Assembly: GCA_963784785.1 (NCBI GenBank)
Contig: CAWASW010000003.1
Span: 51,216-115,215, forward strand
Direction: 5' to 3'
Length of the DNA: 64,000 nucleotides
From: Candidatus Woesebacteria bacterium
Lineage (GTDB): Bacteria > Patescibacteriota > Microgenomatia > UBA8517
Position 1 is the first letter of the stretch, and every line of letters begins with the position of its first letter. Made by a program: the position numbers and the translations under genes. The notes below the pieces were generated by a model that was given only the letters and a program-made list of their open reading frames with translations, made no database searches and was not told the DNA's origin. This document shows positions 58,285 to 64,000 of this stretch, piece after piece.

Positions 58285-58906
58285 AACTTATGAAAATGGC
58301 ACAGGTAAAAATGCCATTTCTATTATAAAAATTGCAAATGATATTTCTGAAGAAACAGGAATTAAAATAATTTCCTGTGTTCAACCAATGGATATCAGTA
58401 ATGGGACGTGGTCTCAGAAAGTTGATCCTGATGAATATGGTGCACACACTGGTTCAATTTTACCTGAGGCTGTTTTTGCAGCCGGAGCTGTAGGTACGCT
58501 TCTCAATCATTCAGAAGATAGATTTCCAAATTTTGATCTTTTATCAAAAACACATGACAGAGCCAAAAAAATTGGATTGAAAACTTTAATCTTTGCAAAG
58601 GATTTAGAAGAACTTGAAAAAGTAGCAGGTCTTAAACCTGATTATATTTCGTATGAACCACCGGCTCTAATTGGAAGCAAAGATGTATCTGTCGCTACCG
58701 CAGAGCCTGAAATAATTGCTCAAGCTTCTTTGATTTCAAAAAAGTACAATATTCCATTAATTGTCGGAGCAGGTGTTCATTCAAAGGAAGATGTTAGAAA
58801 ATGTTTAGAACTTGGCGCAGTTGGAGTTGCTGTGGCATCAGATGTAATGAACGCAATCGACCCTAGAAAAGAATTGTTAGACCTGGCAGAAGGATTTAAA
58901 AAATAA
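58265..58906 (+). CDS. tpiA: Triosephosphate isomerase, short archaeal-type
   Basis: 'NFKTYENGTG', 'GAHTGS' and 'LLNHSEDR' resemble archaeal ~220-aa TIMs rather than the 250-aa bacterial form. Confidence 0.55.
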   Translation: MIFLNFKTYENGTGKNAISIIKIANDISEETGIKIISCVQPMDISNGTWSQKVDPDEYGAHTGSILPEAVFAAGAVGTLLNHSEDRFPNFDLLSKTHDRAKKIGLKTLIFAKDLEELEKVAGLKPDYISYEPPALIGSKDVSVATAEPEIIAQASLISKKYNIPLIVGAGVHSKEDVRKCLELGAVGVAVASDVMNAIDPRKELLDLAEGFKK

Positions 58907-58907
58907 T

Positions 58908-59360
58908 ATGTTAAAAATATTTTTGGGGGCAGATCACAGAGGATACGAGCTGAAAGAAAAAATAGCTACATGGCTATTTGATTTGAATTATGATTTCGAG
59001 GATCTAGGTGCAAATCATTTAGATAGCTCTGACGACTATACAAAATATGCTGCAGATGTTGCTTCTATTGTTTCTAAGAGACCTCATTCAAAAGGCGTTT
59101 TGCTTTGTGGAAGTGGAGTAGGGGTGGAAGTTGTTGCCAACAAGTTTGATGGTATACGGGCGGCAATTGGAAAAAATGTTTTGCAAGTTAAAGCTGGAAG
59201 AAGAGACGATGACATGAATGTCTTGGTTATTGCATCGGACTTTACAATTGAAAAAGAAGCGAAGGCTATGCTAATAGCTTTTATTGAAACAAAATATGAA
59301 GAGAACGTAAGAAGAGAAAGAAGACTGGAAGAGATTGAAAAAATAGAGGCTAATAACTAA
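58908..59360 (+). CDS. rpiB: Ribose-5-phosphate isomerase B (RpiB/LacAB family)
   Basis: 'IFLGADHRGYELKEKI...LLCGSGVGVEVVANK'. Confidence 0.8.
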   Translation: MLKIFLGADHRGYELKEKIATWLFDLNYDFEDLGANHLDSSDDYTKYAADVASIVSKRPHSKGVLLCGSGVGVEVVANKFDGIRAAIGKNVLQVKAGRRDDDMNVLVIASDFTIEKEAKAMLIAFIETKYEENVRRERRLEEIEKIEANN

Positions 59361-59417
59361 AAGTAATAAAAGTATTACAAGTACCAAAAGTATGAAAGGT
59401 TTTGATACAATTAATAT

Positions 59418-60365
59418 ATGAATCTTCCACGAACTACAGATGTCGATGTTGCTGGCAAGAGAGTTTTGCTTCGATTAGATTTAGATACAGATCCAAACGC
59501 AGAAGACATTAGAATAAAATCGTCCTTTAAAACACTGGATTTTTTAAGAGGTAAAGCTTCAGAAATAATTATTTTAGCCCACAAAGGTAGACCAGATGGA
59601 AAATTTGATGAGTCTTTAAGTTTAAAGCCATTTCAGCAAATTTTTGATAAATGGGGAGCTAAAGTAGAGGAGAATTTAAGATTTGATAAAGGGGAAGAAG
59701 AAAACAATCCTGAATTTGCCAAGAAACTATCATCACTCGGAGATGTATTTATAAATGATGCTTTTGCCAGTTCACACAGAAACCATGCATCAATTGTAGG
59801 TATTCCAAAACTATTACCGTCAGCTTTTGGGTTTAGATTTATTGAAGAAATAGAAACACTTTCAAAAGAATTTGTTAAACCAGTTTACGTAGTGATTAGT
59901 GGTATTAAGGAAGATAAAAAAGAAATGGCTGTAAAATTATCCGAAATATACGACAAAGTTTTAGTGGGAGGTCGCCTACCTGAGTATTTTGGAGATGCAA
60001 GATTAGAGTCGATCAGATTGCAACAAACCAATTTAATTATTGGAAATTTAAACCAAGATAAAGAAGATATTACTTTAAACACAATTGAAAGATTCAAAGA
60101 AGAACTATCTCACGCTGGGACTGTGATTCTTGCAGGAGCACTTGGTAGATATGAAGATGAGGGACATACACAGGGGACAAAAGAGATATTTGAATATATC
60201 TCAAAGCTTAATTGTTATAAGATTGCTGGTGGAGGAGATACTGAAAAGTGTCTTCAGACATATAATTTAACTGACAAATTTGATTGGGTCTCTGTCGGCG
60301 GTGGGGCAATGTTGGAATTCTTGGTTAATAAAACTCTTCCTGCAATTGAAGCCTTACTTAAATAA
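59418..60365 (+). CDS. pgk: Phosphoglycerate kinase (unusually short, 315 aa)
   Basis: 'GKRVLLRLDLDTD', 'IILAHKGRP', 'FINDAFASSHRNHAS', 'AGGGDT' and 'SVGGGAMLEFL'. Confidence 0.7.
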   Translation: MNLPRTTDVDVAGKRVLLRLDLDTDPNAEDIRIKSSFKTLDFLRGKASEIIILAHKGRPDGKFDESLSLKPFQQIFDKWGAKVEENLRFDKGEEENNPEFAKKLSSLGDVFINDAFASSHRNHASIVGIPKLLPSAFGFRFIEEIETLSKEFVKPVYVVISGIKEDKKEMAVKLSEIYDKVLVGGRLPEYFGDARLESIRLQQTNLIIGNLNQDKEDITLNTIERFKEELSHAGTVILAGALGRYEDEGHTQGTKEIFEYISKLNCYKIAGGGDTEKCLQTYNLTDKFDWVSVGGGAMLEFLVNKTLPAIEALLK

Positions 60366-61157
60366 ATCTAAGAAAATATCTTTGATTTTTCTTTCACTTT
60401 TCTTATCTACTTTATAGTACGTGCCACCAGTCATGGGGTAAAGCAATTTTGAATCAATTATATTGTCTAGTTTTGTAATTCTGGCCATTTCCATTTGAAT
60501 TATCTTTTGCAACATTGAGAATTTACCTAATTTTCGTAATCTTCTAAATGAATATGTGTATTTAAGATCTTTAATAACTTCAAACTTCATACTTTGACCA
60601 CGTGATCTTCTTAATAAATCATTTCCTTCACTCCAATGAATATTTGTATCGAAACCCTTTAATTTTAGAAATGATTTTCTTTTGGCAAGTATCATAGATT
60701 CTAGAACTAATGGATTTGGTGTATTTTTACTAATGTCTATTGCAGCATTTATTATATTTGCTGTTGCTGAATCTAATGAATTGTTTGTATCTGGTTTGAT
60801 CGATGTCGTAATAAAATCTGCCTTAATCATTTCGGAATAGAATTTTAGTCCCTGCATAAAGTATTTAGGAATCCTATTATCAGCATCCATAAATACAATC
60901 CATTCAGTTTTAGTATTTTCAGCGCCCATGTTCCTCTGAAAAGTAACTCCTCTTTCACTACAAACTAGTACTTTTAGATTTTTAATTTCTTTTTTGTATG
61001 AATTAGCTTTTTTGATTGTATCGTCTTCAGATTTAGCATCGACAATTATTACGTTGAAGTTGGTAAAAGTTTGGTTGACTAGATCTTTTAATAAATTAGG
61101 CAAGTTCTTTTCTTCGTTGAGAGTGGGAATAATAATTGTTAATTTTTTGTCTTTCAT
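60354..61157 (-). CDS. Family 2 glycosyltransferase
   Basis: 'LTIIIPTLNEEKNLPNLL...NVIIVDAKSEDDT'. Confidence 0.75.
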   Translation of the reverse strand: MKDKKLTIIIPTLNEEKNLPNLLKDLVNQTFTNFNVIIVDAKSEDDTIKKANSYKKEIKNLKVLVCSERGVTFQRNMGAENTKTEWIVFMDADNRIPKYFMQGLKFYSEMIKADFITTSIKPDTNNSLDSATANIINAAIDISKNTPNPLVLESMILAKRKSFLKLKGFDTNIHWSEGNDLLRRSRGQSMKFEVIKDLKYTYSFRRLRKLGKFSMLQKIIQMEMARITKLDNIIDSKLLYPMTGGTYYKVDKKSERKIKDIFLDLFK

Positions 61158-61204
61158 ACTTTAATTATACCAAGAGAACATATAATATGTATGTATACTG
61201 CTCT

Positions 61205-62317
61205 ATGGTTACAATTGGAATTAATGGATTTGGAAGGATAGGACGTTTAGCGTTTAGGATTGCTGTATCCAAACATTCAGATGAAATTAAAATAGGGGCA
61301 ATAAACACTTCAGGAAGTATGCCAGCTTCTGGTTGGGCACATCTAACAAATTTTGATACGATGTATCGAAAATTTGAGTATGAAGTACAAAGTACAGAGT
61401 ACACAGAAAAAAACGAAGATACAAAGATTGGAACGATAAAGGTTCCGGAGCGCAATGTTGATGTTCCGCTTTTGGCTCAGAGAGATCCTGCCCTTATTCC
61501 ATGGAGTAAATATGGAGTAGACGTTGTTATAGAATCTACTGGTCATTTTACTGATGAAGAGGGTGCTAAAAAACATGCCATAGGCGGAGCAAAGAGGGTA
61601 ATAATATCAGCTCCTAGCAAGGGTGGTAATGTGGGTACCTATGTACTAGGTGTTAACGAACTTGAAGGTCAAGTTCCACAAGGTGAGGTAATATCAAATG
61701 CTAGTTGCACTACAAATTGTGTTGCTCCAGTTGCTGCAGTAATGCACGCGGCCTTTGGAATAGAAAAAGCCATGATGACTACAGTTCATTCATATACAGA
61801 TGATCAAAATTTACAGGATGGTTCACATAAAGATCTTCGACGTGCAAGAGCAGCAGGAGTTAATATTGTTCCGACATCAACAGGAGCTGCAATTGCTGTC
61901 ACCGAAACCATTCCAGAATTAAAAGGGCTCTTTGATGGAATGAGCTTAAGAGTTCCTATAGCTACAGGATCTATTACTGACTTCACATTTCTTTTGAAGA
62001 AAAATGTCACAGTTGAAGAAGTAAATAACGCCTTTAGGGAGGCTGTTAAAAATCCCATATATAAGGGAATAATGGCAGTTTCTGACGGATTTTTAGTTTC
62101 AAGTGATATTGTTGGAAGATCGGAATCTGCAATTGTTGATTTACCATTAACGCAAGTTGTTGCAGGTAATATGGTCAAAGTTTTTGCATGGTATGACAAC
62201 GAGTGGGGATATGCAAATAGACTTGTGGAACAAGTAATAAGAGTAGGTAGAAGTATTGAAAGTAATAAAATTCCTACAGATGCAATTACTATGACTAACG
62301 CCGTAATTTCCAATTAA
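61205..62317 (+). CDS. gap: Glyceraldehyde-3-phosphate dehydrogenase (the start is at 'MVTIGINGFGRIGR'; the track start at 61136 is an upstream extension)
   Basis: 'GINGFGRIGR' and the active site 'SNASCTTNC'. Carries a ~13-aa in-frame insertion that coincides with a GTAC micro-repeat. Confidence 0.9.
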   Translation: MVTIGINGFGRIGRLAFRIAVSKHSDEIKIGAINTSGSMPASGWAHLTNFDTMYRKFEYEVQSTEYTEKNEDTKIGTIKVPERNVDVPLLAQRDPALIPWSKYGVDVVIESTGHFTDEEGAKKHAIGGAKRVIISAPSKGGNVGTYVLGVNELEGQVPQGEVISNASCTTNCVAPVAAVMHAAFGIEKAMMTTVHSYTDDQNLQDGSHKDLRRARAAGVNIVPTSTGAAIAVTETIPELKGLFDGMSLRVPIATGSITDFTFLLKKNVTVEEVNNAFREAVKNPIYKGIMAVSDGFLVSSDIVGRSESAIVDLPLTQVVAGNMVKVFAWYDNEWGYANRLVEQVIRVGRSIESNKIPTDAITMTNAVISN

Positions 62318-62326
62318 CAATTTTTT

Positions 62327-62971
62327 ATGGAAGAAAAGAAATATTCTAATCAAAAAGGTTATATAAAAAACATTGCCTTCTTCGGTGATGCTGACATATC
62401 TGTAACCGACGAAACGTACACACAAGCCTTCAAGGTTGCCGAAATACTAGCAAGTGAAAAATATGTGATTGTCGATGGCGGTGGCCCCGGCGTTATGGAG
62501 GCAGCTACAACTGGTGCTCAAAAAGCTAATGGTGAAACAATCACGGTTACTTTTGATCCGACAAACGCTCCTGGGTTTGAAGGAAAATATATCGGAAATG
62601 TTCCTGACGAAGAAATTGTTACCACTAACTATATTGAAAGAATGTTTAAGTTAATGGAATATAGTGATGCATTCATTTTGTTTAAAGGCGGGAGTGGCAC
62701 AATTTCAGAATTTGGTACAGCTTGGGTTTTAGCAAAATTATATTATGGTCATCACAAACCATTTATTTTATTTGGTAGTTATTGGGCTGAGATAATTGAC
62801 GTCTTCAGAAAAAATATGAACATTGACGCTAAAGAACTTTCTGTCTTTGAAATAGCAAATAGAGTAGAAGATGTATTGCCAATTATAAAAAAGTTTGAAA
62901 AACAAATGGCAGCTAGAGATCATTCGAAAGATGATGAGATGGATAAATATGACAAGGCTTTTCAGATCTAG
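62327..62971 (+). CDS. LOG-family / TIGR00730 Rossmann-fold nucleotide-binding protein
   Basis: 'VIVDGGGPGVMEAA' and 'GGSGTISEF'. Confidence 0.7.
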   Translation: MEEKKYSNQKGYIKNIAFFGDADISVTDETYTQAFKVAEILASEKYVIVDGGGPGVMEAATTGAQKANGETITVTFDPTNAPGFEGKYIGNVPDEEIVTTNYIERMFKLMEYSDAFILFKGGSGTISEFGTAWVLAKLYYGHHKPFILFGSYWAEIIDVFRKNMNIDAKELSVFEIANRVEDVLPIIKKFEKQMAARDHSKDDEMDKYDKAFQI

Positions 62972-62995
62972 AAGACTAGATAAATAGTTAATTAG

Positions 62996-63385
62996 ATGAA
63001 TAGTAATCCAGCTTCAAGTAAAACAAATTCATATAAAGATTTAATTGTCTGGAAGAAATCGTATGAACTATCAATTTTAATTTATAAATTAACTAAAAAA
63101 TTTCCAAAGGACGAAGTTTATGGTTTAACATCTCAGATCAGAAGATGTGCTGTTTCGATTCCGTCGAATATCGCTGAAGGTTATTCTCGATACAGAAAAT
63201 TAGAATTTGCCCATTTTTTACAGATATCTTTTGCTTCAGGGGCTGAACTAGAAACACAAATTTTGATATCAAAAGATTTGAATTATATTTCACAAAGTGA
63301 ATTTGATGAAGTTAGCTCACTATTAATTGAGGTGATGAAAATGCTAAACTCTTTAATGAGTAAGGTTAGACTATCTGGTAAGTAG
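62996..63385 (+). CDS. Four-helix-bundle protein (23S rRNA intervening-sequence protein family)
   Basis: 'IVWKKSYELSILIYKLTKKFPKDEVYGLTSQIRRCAVSIPSNIAEG'. Confidence 0.65.
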   Translation: MNSNPASSKTNSYKDLIVWKKSYELSILIYKLTKKFPKDEVYGLTSQIRRCAVSIPSNIAEGYSRYRKLEFAHFLQISFASGAELETQILISKDLNYISQSEFDEVSSLLIEVMKMLNSLMSKVRLSGK

Positions 63386-63431
63386 TTGTTTTTACTATTT
63401 ATCTAGTTATCTAATTCACTATTTATCTACA

Positions 63432-64000
63432 ATGAAATACACAATTGACGAATTAAACGATATCTCCAAAGAGGTGCGTGGTGATGTTATCAAGATGATT
63501 CTAAAATCTGGTTATGGTCACCCTGCAGGATCATTAGGAATGGTTGATGTTTTTGTTGCACTTTATTACGGAGTTTTACTTCACGATCCAAAAAAACCTG
63601 ATTGGGAGGATCGTGACAGATTAATCCTTTCTAATGGTCATATTTGTCCTGCAAGGTATGCAGTAATGGCACATAGTGGTTACTTTGATCACAAAGAACT
63701 TATGCATTTAGGTGAAATGGGAGGAATACTTCAAGGTCATCCAGACAAAAGATATTTACAATCTGTTGAAACAACATCAGGTCCATTAGGTTCCGGTCTG
63801 GCTCAAGCTTCGGGAATTGCATTCTGCGCGCGCGCAGATAAAAAAAGATTTAGGACATATGTAATAACTTCTGATGGAGAACACGATGAAGGAAATCATT
63901 GGGAAGCTGTGATGTTTGCTGGAAAAAATAATCTGAGTAATCTCACAATGATTATTGATAGAAATAATATCCAAATAGATGACTTTACAGAAAATGTAAT
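63432..64000 (+). CDS. tkt: Transketolase, N-terminal (TPP-binding) subunit. Truncated by the window end.
   Basis: 'GHPAGSLGMVDV', 'LSNGH', 'GPLGSGL' and 'TSDGEHDEGNHWEA'. Confidence 0.8.
   Translation, partial: MKYTIDELNDISKEVRGDVIKMILKSGYGHPAGSLGMVDVFVALYYGVLLHDPKKPDWEDRDRLILSNGHICPARYAVMAHSGYFDHKELMHLGEMGGILQGHPDKRYLQSVETTSGPLGSGLAQASGIAFCARADKKRFRTYVITSDGEHDEGNHWEAVMFAGKNNLSNLTMIIDRNNIQIDDFTENV

Overview
The window is AT-rich (about one-third GC by eye) and has the gene content of a small-genome, probably CPR/Patescibacteria-like bacterium. TGA acts as a stop codon in conserved genes, so the genetic code is standard.

It spans the chromosomal origin: dnaN, a cluster of DnaA boxes, dnaA, then rpmH-rnpA-yidD-yidC-jag. 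At the 5' edge this is preceded by a type IV secretion or conjugation-like cluster: a VirB4-family ATPase C-terminus, an 866-aa membrane protein with a C-terminal CHAP-like peptidoglycan hydrolase domain, and a small membrane protein.

Housekeeping genes follow: rnhA, rplY, valS, tsaD, a fused tsaC-tsaE, dnaG-rpoD, a tlyA-like methyltransferase, and a glycolytic/pentose block (archaeal-type tpiA, rpiB, short pgk, gap, transketolase N-terminus). These are interspersed with envelope and transport genes (VanW, DedA x2, MFS, ABC, P-type ATPase, TspO x2, VIT, O-antigen-ligase-like, GT2).

For a reduced genome the window is unusually rich in mobile DNA. There are three identical IS200/IS605-type TnpA-only elements (~523 bp, with subterminal hairpins). 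There are two identical 1646-bp IS1634-like elements with 12-bp terminal IRs and very long target duplications (62 and 52 bp); one sits in the 3' end of an MFS gene and the other is nested inside an IS1-family element. There are two IS1-family elements with 8-bp TSDs and a two-ORF frameshifted transposase, and one IS481-like element.

The most interesting locus is at 49.9-50.8 kb, between two IS200 copies. It holds a minus-strand tRNA-Asn(GUU) gene whose anticodon loop is interrupted by a ~211-nt sequence with group-I-intron hallmarks. Next to it is a frameshifted GIY-YIG nuclease gene, and then a duplicated 19-nt copy of the tRNA 3' end.

Other oddities are listed as findings. They include a ~370-bp GC-rich, highly structured non-coding island downstream of an IS200 copy (27.5-27.9 kb), GTAC-heptamer microrepeats inserted in frame in coding genes (including gap), and an IS200-split secreted beta-helix protein gene.
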